In this document: positions 1-12,206 of the stretch, piece after piece
Layout of the letters: each line of letters begins with the position of its first letter
Position numbering within the stretch: position 1 is the first letter of the stretch
NCBI RefSeq assembly: GCF_008831285.2
Contig: NC_045138.2
Location: 32,054,001-32,118,000 of the forward strand
Direction: 5' to 3'
Source of the DNA: Nymphaea colorata
Lineage: Eukaryota
DNA length: 64,000 nucleotides
Position numbers and translations under genes: made by a program
The notes under the pieces: generated by a model
The model's database searches: none
What the model was told of the DNA's origin: nothing
The model's input: only the letters and a program-made list of their open reading frames with translations

Positions 1-62
1 ATATATATATATATATGATGCGCAGAGGGCAAAGTGAGAAACAAGACTTCTTAAATATATAA

Positions 63-346
63 GCCATGTTTGGATGACACTGTAAAAAAGCTACTTTGTA
101 AAAATTAGTATAGTAAGAAGATGATTTTTAATAATCCTTTAACAATTGGTTTGTATGATTGAATGACACAATTAAAACACATTTTTTGGGAATAATTTTG
201 GGAAACCAAGTTGTTCAATGTTTGAAAATTCGGTTTTGACAAAACTCAATTATGGGAAAATCTGGTTTGAGTGTCACCTAAATGTTCTAAAAACAGCGTT
301 TCAGAGGCAAAATGTGGTTTACTTGGAGTGTCATCCAAACACTGCC
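63..346. mobile_element. Tourist/PIF-Harbinger-like MITE
   Basis: Perfect 15-bp inverted repeat TGTTTGGATGACACT (67-81) / AGTGTCATCCAAACA (327-341). Left end GCCATGTTTGG is preceded by TAA; right TSD not clear. Confidence 0.6.
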
Positions 347-2929
347 ATACATTTGTATTTTATCTTTTTTAACCGTTAAAAAAGTGACTATGTTGTGCTT
401 TTGTGTCCAAAGAAGAAAAAAATTTTTTGCTTGTTCTACATCAGTTCAAATGAAAACTTGTTTTCCGGAATCTAAAGCAAATTTTATTGCCGCTTATCCT
501 GTAAGGACTATTGATTACGTAATTTTTTTAATAAAAAATTTTATTATTGACCAAAAAATTTGTTTTTAAATTATTTAAATAATAGAAAAATATTAGATAA
601 CAAAGGTGTAGGCTTTTCTGGTGCCGCATCTGCATGGGCATTTTAATAACAGAGAAGGAGAAAGGACATCCCCGTAAATTTGGAGAAAGATTGAGAACAT
701 TCCCCATACGCGCTCAACGGCTCGAGGCGCCAAGCCTGGCCTCATCCAACTAGACCATTCGATCGCCGATTTTACCGGACGAGGAATCGTCACCGTTATG
801 GAGCAACGGTGCTTTCGCCTTAAGAAACAAGCAACCACCCTTCCGTGGGGACCCACACTCCAGTGGCCTTTACAGCTGACACTCGGCGCGCCCACGCTGG
901 AAGGCATTAAACTAAACAGCGGAATTTTAAAAAATAAACACTACTTTGCTATAACCATCTTTTACAACTATATATATATATATATATATCGGTTTTTTTA
1001 ACATTTTGCGACATTAAAAACTGTTGCCATTGGTGTGTTCGACGGCAGCACTCCATAGGCCATGGTGCATTAGCCACACAATGCATCATTTATAACAGTT
1101 TTTACCATTATAAAATATGAAAAATCTCATCCCACGATAATTCTTCACATGTTGCGTATTTGGATGACGAAGAATGTTGTTGGAAGGCTAAAAAACATAA
1201 ATATACTATTAAAAATGCTCCATAACCTATTGGTAAGAGTACTATAAACTATTGTCATACTATAAATGGTTGTTAAATTTTTTAGCTATCACCAGCAATA
1301 GTTGTGCAAATTTGAATTCATTATATATATATATATAAGAATTGAAATCAGATGGCTAAAGAATTTAAGCCTGTCTCTGATATCACTATAAACTGTTGTT
1401 AAAATTATGAATGTCTAGCAGCTAGTCGATTTTAATTCCCACATATATATATATATATTAATGTTGTTGATAATACTATAGTTGTTAAAATCTGTTTCTG
1501 AATCTAATTAAAGAGTTTACCAATTCAATGAATTGGGTTCAAACGAATAAGCTGTGAATAGAAAAAAAGTTGAAAAGTGACAATATGTCATAATTTTTGT
1601 CCAGCTGCATCTAACCCCACTCTTGAAGTAGCTGGTGTTTGTTTATGGGATTCTTGTCCACCGAGGTGAGTTATCTTCTTGTACAACCTTTCAATTCTTT
1701 GTCTTTTTTGTTCTTTTTCACAGGATAAAGGAGGCATTCGCCCACACTTGAAGCAATAGAGGACAGCGGCTGTAAAGAGTGGCGAAACTTTTTTTTTTTT
1801 TTTCATGGAGTACTAAATATATTGTTAATAAATTTTTAATTGACCTTGAAGCAGTGATCGAGTCTCGTGAGCTGCTCCATATAACTGGACTTAGGTTCAT
1901 TTAAGTCCAACATGCAAATTCAAGGTTTCAAATTGGACTCTGTAAAGCATATTCTCTACGGAGACCCCACTTATCTTCGCCCTTAATTGTAATGGAATAC
2001 ATAAAAAAAAAAAAAAGCTTTGTATCGGATTTATCTTCATATAGGTTTGCTTTTCTATGCTACAAAAATTGCTTACATGATTGAATGATGAAGTTAAGAT
2101 ATCCAGTTTAGAGGTCTAGAGACGGAAACTTGGAGTACCAGCCCTTGCCACTTTGTCATAAATTAACCAGCCAATTAAGAAGCCTCACTGTATCTATCTC
2201 GGGTTTGAAGGGGTTTAGCATAACTGGTTGGATTGATGGACAAGTCATGCGATTTTAAATAACAAGTTGGCTCTCTCCTCTCTCTCTCTCTACAGTAACT
2301 CTATCAAGGAAAATTAAACCAAATATAATACATAACATATATATATATATTCTTATCGAATGCGTCATTGTTGATGCCATTTTGTGTAGAAACTTATTGG
2401 CTGATTGATACGACTACTTTTAATTTTTAAAATTGGTTAAGATATTTTAAATTAATGTTGAACTCATAAAATGAAAAAGGGCGATGAACCGATACTTATC
2501 AACGGATATGCGGTATGGATGAACTACTCAATACAGCGCCTGGACAATATTTTTTACAATATTGATCTGAAATAAGATTCAGTCTTCTACGTTATATTTC
2601 AAATTCATACAGGCATAGATTTGGGACCGTTTGATGTAGAGCCGCAAATGGATGGGCAATTGTGTCATTTTTCCTTTACTGCATTTTAAACTGAATTTAG
2701 CTAATTTTCTTCTGATATATTTGCAACTTTATGGGAAACCAAGAGAGGACATAAAGGTGCAACACTTTAGTTTGTTTTTTATTTTTTTCTCATTTACTTT
2801 TTAGAAAAAAAAATAAAAATAAAAAAAATATTGGCCATTACCAGCGGGGAGCAGATAATAAGAAGAAATACTAGAAATTTCTAAATGTCCAAGTTGAAAT
2901 TCTTGATCATATCTAACACAAAGTCAGAA

Positions 2930-3320
2930 GTCATCAACGAGCTCGACTCAAACTCGTCTTGTTTATAAACGAGTCAAACTCAGGTTCAAATGTATGCTTG
3001 AAATGTTAAACGAGATGAGCTCGAGTTGTAATAATTCAATTCGTTTAAATTAGATTTGGCTCGACTACATAATGAATATTTAATTATATGAGGAAAAAAG
3101 TTAAACGAGTAGCAAGTAAACGAAATCGAAGTAAACAAGTTAATAATTAAAAGAAACAAGACGTGGTTATGATAAACGAGTTAAACAAGTTGAGTACGAA
3201 CTCTATGTTGTATCGTAGAGTCTAGTTCGAATTTGTTTTATCGAGCTCAACTCAAATTTTCTAACTAGAATCAAGGTCACGCTGCCCCAACTCGATCTCG
3301 ACTCGCTCGTGTGCAGCCCC
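2930..3320. mobile_element. Degenerate hAT-type MITE with CGAG/CTCG subterminal repeats
   Basis: Dense GAGCTCG/CTCGACTC/AAACGAG motifs ending in ...GCTCGTGTGCAGCCC. Similar sequence at ~27070-27900 and ~30686-30846. Ends approximate. Confidence 0.45.
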
Positions 3321-4348
3321 AGCTGAAGTAAATAAAATTGAAATGCTTCAGTTTGGTTTTTTGGAAACTCAACTAATTTGAAATATCAACCTATTTTTTA
3401 GAACAATGCAAGGTTTGTCAAAAGTAAACAATGATGCTTAAGTCTCAAGGGGCATTGGTTCAGTCACTTGGGACAGTAGCTAGTTTGAGTAGCATGGGCA
3501 CCCACATTCCTTTGGCAATTGGAACCCGAAAGCCATGCACTAGCTGACATGCAGTGGGGACTCAACCAGACAACAACAGTTCGACTCAATCCTGGACAGA
3601 AGAGCAAGGAGAAGGGAAGCTTCCGCTCTCACTCACGAGGTAGAATTTTTTCAATCGGCTCACTCACCTTGAAAAAGAAAAAATCATTGAATTATTTAGA
3701 AAAGTTATTTGAATAATAATGACGCAAATAGATTCTTGTTTCTCATCGGTGCTACTCATTTAGACTGCAAATGGTGAATGTACGACACTTTAGTTGATGA
3801 ATATATAATTTCTTACCCATCGAAGTGGTCTTCAACCGCTAGAAAGAGATAAAAGATAAATGAAAGAACTTCCGCTCTTCCGGGTATCTACTCTTCACTT
3901 ATTGGACCACTTGTTATCTTATTTTGTGAATGCAAAGAATTGGAACTATCAATGTGAAATATTCGCTTCACCATGGTCCCTGTTGATAGAGAAAGGACAA
4001 GGCATAGAGAAAGAAGAATACAATAATAATAACAATAAAAGGATAAAGGAATTGGACAGGCAAAGTTGGCCGGTTTGGACGGTAGCAGAAAAGGAATTTG
4101 ATCCTACCAACAAAAGAAAAAGACTTATTTTTAATATTTTTTAATAACTGTTATGGAGAATGTGGGGAGGGGGTTTGCAGATTCATTTTTCGGGTATGTC
4201 TCCGTCTTAAGTATCAGCAGAGGCATCCCCACCTTGCAAAAGAAAAACAAGCAGCTTTTTATCATACTTTATTATGTGAATGTATCTTGCAAACTAAGCT
4301 AACGATGCATAATTAACAAAAAACTTATATTTTCCCTTTACTATAGAA

Positions 4349-4669
4349 TTACTGCTATGCTCTATTCACCTGAAAATGCGCTCAGATAGTCTTCAATTGG
4401 AGGCTGATAAGAAGTTTAAATTCCATTACCAGCCATTTGGCATGAGGAACCTTGTGTAAGCGTTTCACGAATCTGCTATAAATATTGAGACAAATTCATG
4501 GAACACTTGTTTAAGCAGTTCATGAATATATCTCAATATTTGGAGAAGTTCATGGAACGTTCACATAATGTTTCTCATGCCAAACAGCCGGTAATAAAAC
4601 TTAAAGCTCTTATCAGTCTCCAATCAAGAAAGATCTAAGCACATTTTCAGTGAATAGAGTAGAGCAATA
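4349..4669. repeat. ~320-bp imperfect palindrome (fold-back MITE)
   Basis: CTCTATTCAC(C)TGAAAATG at 4360 pairs with CATTTTCAGTGAATAGAG ending at 4659. Pairing continues inward (GCTGATAAGA/TCTTATCAGT, TTTGGCATGAG/CTCATGCCAAA, AATATTGAGA/TCTCAATATT, ATTCATG/CATGAAT) to a short central loop near 4505-4518. Confidence 0.8.
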
Positions 4670-4826
4670 TACCTCAATATTTGGGGAAGTTCATGGAACA
4701 TTCACACAATGTTCATCATGCCGTAAGGAGTGACCTTAGACTTAATGAAATTGAAGGTTATGTGTCTAGGACTTTGATGTTAGGCTGCATGTTTAGGTTT
4801 TAAAATGACCAAAATGCCCTTGAAAA

Positions 4827-4858
<32 letters not shown>

Positions 4859-5769
4859 GTGAAAGTTACTTATGAACCTATGTTGGGTCAGATTTAGATC
4901 CAAATTGGATCTAACAAATTAAGGCACTCTCGGAACCAGATGCAGTTTTCCAGAACTGAATCCAAGTTTAACTGGCCTAGGATCTGACATCCGCATGCAA
5001 ATGAATCTGATTCTTCTTAGATCTCAAAGTTGAGCAAATGAATTTGGATTCATGTTGGCAGTCCAGAAAACCCGACCCATTAACATCTGCAACATTATTT
5101 TTGAGCTTCCTGCAGAAGAACAGCAGCTTTCATGTGAAAGTGGCAGACTTTTCCTGCCAAGAACTGAAGAAAACAAGTTGGTGGTAGCTGTGAACCGATC
5201 CACATAAGGTTTTCCCTTTCTTCTTAAGGTCCCTTCCTCAATTGGATGCCTAATTGATAGCACAAAAACCATTTTAGTGTGAAATCCTTTCATGTGTACT
5301 TCTGGATAATTTTTTTTCTGGAAAAATAGTATTAGGACAGTGTTAGAGCAGAACTTTTCTTACCAAAAATTTTTCCGGCTGAAAACTTTCCTCCTTTCTA
5401 AGGTAACAAACAAGTGAAATATCTCTCATTCAATACACCCTTTCTTAGGATTCAGGTGAGCTAGAGGATCATCCCACCATAAATTAATGAGCGCTGGAGC
5501 CTATATGAAATTCTGGTTAAGGGACACTAATTATAAAATTTAAAAATTTTAAGGGGAACTAACATGTAAATGAAAAAAGTATTCAAAAACATCAATATAA
5601 AAACAAAAAAATAAAAAAATGGGGTCAGTGTAGACAATTGTCCACCCATAACCTACACCTGCTTTTGCCCCTGGCTTGTACATCTCTTCCTCCCCATTCA
5701 TTGCACAAGGGAAAAGTGTCCATTCTACTTGAACTAGAAATCAGCCGCCTACCAAGTGCTAGTCCCCGA

Positions 5770-5978
5770 CAGGAGGCGGAGGGACGGGTGGCCTGCCTAG
5801 GCCGTGGCCCCACCCTAGCTAATTGAAAAAAAAAATTACATTAAAAAAATTGAAATTTTTTAGTTGATTAATATATTTTTTGGTTTTGGGTTTAGTTTGA
5901 CTCTACCTGGTTAAGTTAGTTGGACCGTTAGTTGGACCATTTGGCCTGTTCCTATAAAAAATCCTTGCTCCAATTCCG
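5770..5978. mobile_element. Degenerate short MITE of the CAGGGGCGGAG...GCTCC family
   Basis: GC-rich ends around an AT-rich core; resembles the copies at 20006-20175 and 20882-21075. Confidence 0.4.
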
Positions 5979-6271
5979 GAGCCAGTCACATGTAGGAGGT
6001 AAAAGAGGAAAAAAAAAAACTTGGCTTCTAACAACTCTTGGTAAATGATAAACTATGGTGCCCAAGTGAAGTGACATTTTTGTGTGTCACCAAGTTCACA
6101 CATTAGTTTCTAACATTTAGAAAAAAAAAAATCCACGAGGGCTCCACTTCTAGCCAGTGGCCGGCGTCCAATGTCACCAAGTTGAAAGAACATCAAATTA
6201 GAAATTCCATATTTCTAATTTTGCTTTAAAAAAAGTAAATAAAAAATAGGTTATACTGCCCTCGACGTGGG

Positions 6272-6440
<169 letters not shown>

Positions 6441-7719
6441 TTAATTATTGGGCAGTTCATATGTATCTCCCTCTCTGGCATTTTGTAATAGTAATGCTAC
6501 CCCACCACCTCTTTCGTATGCTTATTTATTTTATGAGTTCTTGGGGTTGCTACTTTGTGTTGGGGTAATTTTTTATCTGTTCACTTTTTTATTTTATGAT
6601 CACTTTTTTTATTTTATGAGTTGTTCGCATGACTGGTTTGTGTATGCCACCTTTTCATTTGTTGGCTTCTTTATTTTATGAGTTCTCGGCATGACCAATT
6701 TTCTTATGCATGTGCTTTATCTGTAATTCAGATCTTGACTTCTTTGAACGTTTGGCAGTTTGGTTGTTTTTCACTTGCATGCAAACTATTATATATTTCG
6801 AGTGAGCAAGAGGTTAACAACTCACAAAAAAAAAGCCGTTTAGTATTTAAAAGGCAAAAATATCAAATAACATATTTTTTTTATTGATGTCAGTAGACAA
6901 ATCAAGAAATATATATATATAGTCAAAGTTGCAAAAAACAATTGACTACCAATAGTCTTTGAGTGTGGTCGGCAGATGGGACAAATGTCAGCTATCTAAC
7001 CAAATTGACCACGAGGCGTTTGAATGACACTTTCATCTAATTCAATCTTATAAGGACTTGCTTTTATGACAATAAGTGTTTTTTTTTTTTTTTTGAGTAA
7101 CGCACCGGAACCTGGTTTTCTATTAATCAAGGGAGGCTAGTTTCACTCCTTTTTACAAAACTAGATTTTGTTAAATCTTAGTTTTCTTAATGACACCCAA
7201 ACACTCAAAATAGACAAAATTAGCACTAAATCTCTGTTTGCTTTTTCTTCAAAATATTTAACCATACATATATATGGATTCAAAATTTTAGATTAAAACA
7301 TTAATAAATCTTAGATTTCTTTATCAGGTTTCAGTACTTATGGTTTTCCTTTGAATCTTATAGATTTATTTCTATGGCTATATACAAGAAGCCTTGGCTT
7401 CTCTTTCCTTACCTGAATATTATAAACGAATGCAAACCTATGTTGTGTCAACTAAATATTAACATGCAATCTGCAATGCATCGGACATGTGCTGTGAAAG
7501 GTTGGAGGATTTCTCTATTCCAATTGGATGGAAAATTTTAAGAATTATATATATGCTGGCTACCTCTATTGGCAAATTATTTTTTTTACTTCCATCCTTT
7601 CAAACTACAAAAATCGTAGCTAAATATCTTAAAACATCATGACCAAAGAAAACCTGTAGCCGATGTACTTTTTCTAGTAAGTTTGGGTAACGGAAAATTA
7701 AAAAATCCACCTAGCCAGC

Positions 7720-7765
<46 letters not shown>

Positions 7766-7855
7766 CCCAAATCCACCTATTTATACAGCCGTCCCTATTT
7801 ACCCATCTTATTATACTAATAAAACTACGGGGTCTCAATGAGACATATGTTCCAC

Positions 7856-9599
7856 CACTATAAATTTTATTTTTAATAATTGGATTTAAGTAGACCTGGG
7901 TTCAATTATATGGGTCAAACCACGAGACCTAAGTTATTGTATTAAGGTCAATTGAAAATTTGTTAACTATATATATTCAGTGTTTGGCTCCGTCGTTGCA
8001 TAGTGCCCTTTTCGATATAGAAAACTGTGAATGGGTTTTTCTCTAAAAAAATTTTTCTATCTCCGTCACTGTAGGTAATGTTTATTTACCTGCACAGTCC
8101 GCACCAGTGTCCAGGCACGCCACTGTAGACATCATCACTGACGTGGGAATTGTACCGCATGCGCTAACGTTGATTGGCATCCACATGCTTGCGCCATTGA
8201 AGTGGAGATATTCACTGATGCGCCTTGTTGCAACATCTGCGAGTTCACTTCAGCGACGCTACGTTGTTGTCAAGTCGTCAGCACTCGGTGCACCAGCAAA
8301 TAGTATGACTGTTAAAATGATTAAAGGGCATGCAGTGTTTTTTTGCAACTCTGACGTGTTTTTACTGTTAGTGATTATAGCTCTGACGTTTAAAATGCAT
8401 CGTCAATAAGGGCTCAGTGACGTTTTAACTCACAGTCAGAAATCCGCACATACGTTGCCGAAATCTTGGATAGTCACAGTAACTATCAGCCGCAAATTTT
8501 CCGACATTAGTATAGTGAACATACAGTGACTAAATAAATTCTGGTCGAAGTTCCGATGATGTAGATCATCTGTGTCCGTTTCCTATAGTGAATGCTGACC
8601 TTTTAGTGACGAGGAATTCCGGTCAGTGTCTATGGTTAATAAACGTACTACATTTGCGCTCTCTCTCTCTCTCTCACACACACACATATATATATATATA
8701 TATTACACCGTACAAATGTGCTTGATGTTCATATATTATAAAAAACTTAGACAATCCTGCAAATCTGTCGCAGAACAATTATCTATTTTTCATTATACAT
8801 TGTAAAAAGAAGAATCATTAAAACTGTATACAATTGAGCAAATCCGTCACAGTACATATATGTATACATTGACATAACGGCTTTTAAAACAGGAAAAAAA
8901 AAAAAATCATAACCAAGCTGTATGGCCATTGCCGCAGTGGCCTTAAAAAAAAAATGATTGGCTTACTAAATACTATATTGTTGCCTGCAGTTGTCTCAGT
9001 TATTGAGGGAATCTGCCTTGTGTAAGCTATGAACACAGTCCGACATTTCTACTGTTATAGCACATGATATGCTATTTTACATACTTAACTTACAAGCATT
9101 TGCTTGGATGCCAAGAAGTTGGTGTTGCCTTGAGCTACTGTGCAGATCTAAACGGCAGATATGAAAGTAAACAGAAGTGAAACGCTCATCCAAGTTTGTG
9201 TAGGCTGCTGTAATAGGCTTATCAACACTTGCCCTTGCGCACACACATACAGGAAAATTAAAACTAGTTGGTTGCCCTGGATGGTTGCATACTTAAATTT
9301 TGTCGCTAAAAGCACTATGAACCTGTCACTAAAGCATCACATACCATTACTACATCATTAAATATTGTTGCTAATGTCCTGTGGCTGAAGACTTTTAGCA
9401 ATGGGTTCTAAAAATTTAATCATGCGACAATTTAACAGCCAGAATATATTTGGAGTGCGTTATTTTTAAAATTTAAAAATAAATAAGGTGAAGAAAATAA
9501 AATAACATAAATATAAAAAAATGTCAACGACATGCCAATAGCTGATAATATCGTGACCAAGTCAGGATATGTAATTTGTAATCCACTGTTTTTCTAGTG
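7856..9599. mobile_element. Possible decayed CACTA-derived sequence (probably several remnants)
   Basis: CACTA at ~7856; TAGTG-type ends at ~8004, ~8590 and TTTTTCTAGTG at 9589-9599; repeated GTCACTG/CAGTGAC/GTCGCTA-like subterminal motifs. No ORF and no TSD found. Confidence 0.3.
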
Positions 9600-11867
9600 T
9601 TTACAGGATATCAGGCCCCATGCTTAGGCTTCTTGTCATAATTTTTTTTAATTCATGTCTCATTTCAAGCTTCATTCTCAAATTCACAATTTTTTAACCA
9701 CGAGTTTACACTGATTCTCATGTTAAATCAAACCACCAAATCCCAAGAAAAACAAACACCCAGTTAACTAGTTAATTATTTATTTGAAGTAGTCTACGTA
9801 ATCTTTCATTGTTTTTATTCATCAGTATATGATAACTTAAATAATTTAAGCATAATATATACCGTATATTCTTTGGTACACATTTACTCGTTGCCCGTTC
9901 ATGGCAATACTTAAACCATGTAAACGGGGCGGTCACAGTCAAGATCATGCATATGAAATAATATTTCATTTTAAGTACATAAACAAAAGTTCCTGTCTGT
10001 AGCATGACGTTCAACGTGCCCGTCAAATGAAATAACAAAACAATTATTATATTTTTCATAGAATTGAACGGATCCAAGTGTTTGGTGCGGTCTCATAACT
10101 TTCCCTTACAAGGAGCCTGCATTTTTACCATAATCCGGAAACTATGACTTAAATTTTCAAGTTTAATTTATATACACTAACCTTTCAAGACATTCTTCCT
10201 TGTCCCCTTTTCATATATTTTTATTAGTTTTGCTACTAGCAGTCAAGTATTGATTATTGAGCCTGATTTTAATATCATACAAACACAGACTATATGTTTG
10301 GAATTTGGATGCACATAAAGTCCTGGAATAAGTTCGCTTAAAGCTTGCAACTGAAAGGGGAACTAAAGTTGTGTAAGAATTTGTGTGGTCTCTAGCTACA
10401 AGGTTCAACGATCAGCTAGTGCTTTTTGAATTGAGACGGTGTTGTGTGTGTTTAGGGCCAATTACATACAGTTGTGTTTGAAGTTTGAGAGGACGTTTGA
10501 TAAGAAAAACATTGCACTCATAAAACAAGTGTTCATAAAACACGAGAACATTAATAATTCCAGGTGAGTGAGAGGGCTATCCCACTACACAGGCGAGAGC
10601 TGAAGGCCCCCCTCTTCTCCTTTGCAACTAAGGCTCGAGTTGCAACAGTACCAAGTGGTGAGATTGCCGCATGCTCGAACGTCCATGTAAAACCCACTCC
10701 ACTTACGATACAAGGAGCATAGCTGAGTTTCAAACTAAAGACACACCTTCAAAGTGCCTCCAAGCCCACCATTTTGTGCTATGCCCCCTCGGGGCAAGAA
10801 CATGAATACTTACTGTAGGAAATGCGATGGCATTATAGGCGTTGCTTCCAGTTCTATCAGCCTAGATATAATCATACAACGTTTACTAAAACAAAATCAT
10901 TATGCCGTTGAACTAGTGTTGCAGGTAAATATGTTCCTAAAACACAATATTCTTTTAGGTGCTTTTTCAAGCACCCAATCACCTCTTCTTTTCTCTTCAA
11001 AAAACTCTATCAAACATGCGAACGACGTATGTGAAGCACTTCGGGAAGAAATACATTAGATCTGTCTCCTTTCGGTTGATGCTTTAAAGCAAATCATTAG
11101 TTGTTACAGAGATACTATTTTTATTGCAATCAACCAACGTGAATTAAAGTCTGCACTTTCCACATGACATGCCAAAATAAAATTTGGAGACGAGTATCAC
11201 AACTTTGCCTGTAAAATAGCGCTAACAGAATTTGATAATTTTAATTTCTAAAGATGCATCATCTTTTAGGGATATTATTTTTTCTGCAATTGATATTTGG
11301 GGAATAACTACATCCGGTGCACTCTATGGTTTGTAACTCTACCAACATGAGACTTGGAGACGTGACTCTCAGACCCTTATCTGTGAAAAACAATTCTCAA
11401 AAGTCTTCGTACGGATATTTCTCTCTAAGAAAAGGTGAAAAGAAAAGCCTTTTGAATGATCCGCATGAGAAATGTCTTTAAAAAGAACATTGCAGAAGCA
11501 GTATATATCATACAGCGTTTGACCTCAACAGATCTAATGCTTGACTGGAAGCAACCACATGAACAAGCAGAGAAAAGGAATGAAGGTTTCCATGAGGCTT
11601 AGACTAGATTGCTGTCTAACAAGCTTCTGAATCCAAAGCTGAACTTGTGAGCATTCCACAAAGGCACAAACTTAAGGAGTAACTGTCAAAGTTATGATGG
11701 TGAATGCAGGCATGAACTAAAAATAGAAAAATTTCTTGCAGATATATTAGTATATACATAGCGAAACAAGGGAAAAAAAAATAAATGTTCCGCTTTGCAC
11801 GAGAAGATAGAGGGGGTCATGGTGCCAAAGCATAAGAAAAAAAAGACGTACATGCATATTTTCACTG

Positions 11868-12206
11868 TTAAATATTTGCACTTCGCTGCCGAACTTTAGC
11901 TTTTTCAGCATCAATTATAGATTCTACCAATTTAACTGCGTTCTCAAGCTTTCCCTCAGCATTAACAACGACATAGTCAAACTCCTTTAAATGCCTTACC
12001 TCCTCTCGAGCAGTTGCTATCCTCACCAGGAGCATCTCTGAGGTCTCTGTCTTCCTGTCTATGAGCCGTTTCACTAAAGCTGTCTCACTCTCAGGGACTA
12101 GAAATACAAAGACCGCCGAATCCCCTAGTATGGCTCTCAGAGTAGCAGCACCTTGAATATCTACTCGTAAAACAATGTCAAATCCTTTGGCCATGAAGTT
12201 CCGAAT
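11868..12206 (-). CDS. GK3: Guanylate kinase exon 4 (terminal)
   Basis: [29 protein letters not shown]...SANI*; 339 nt. Confidence 0.93.
   Translation of the reverse strand: MRNFMAKGFDIVLRVDIQGAATLRAILGDSAVFVFLVPESETALVKRLIDRKTETSEMLLVRIATAREEVRHLKEFDYVVVNAEGKLENAVKLVESIIDAEKAKVRQRSANI

Noticed and set aside
3445..3600. tRNA/SINE-like A- and B-box motifs
   Set aside because: Spacing too long and no cloverleaf; no tRNA called.
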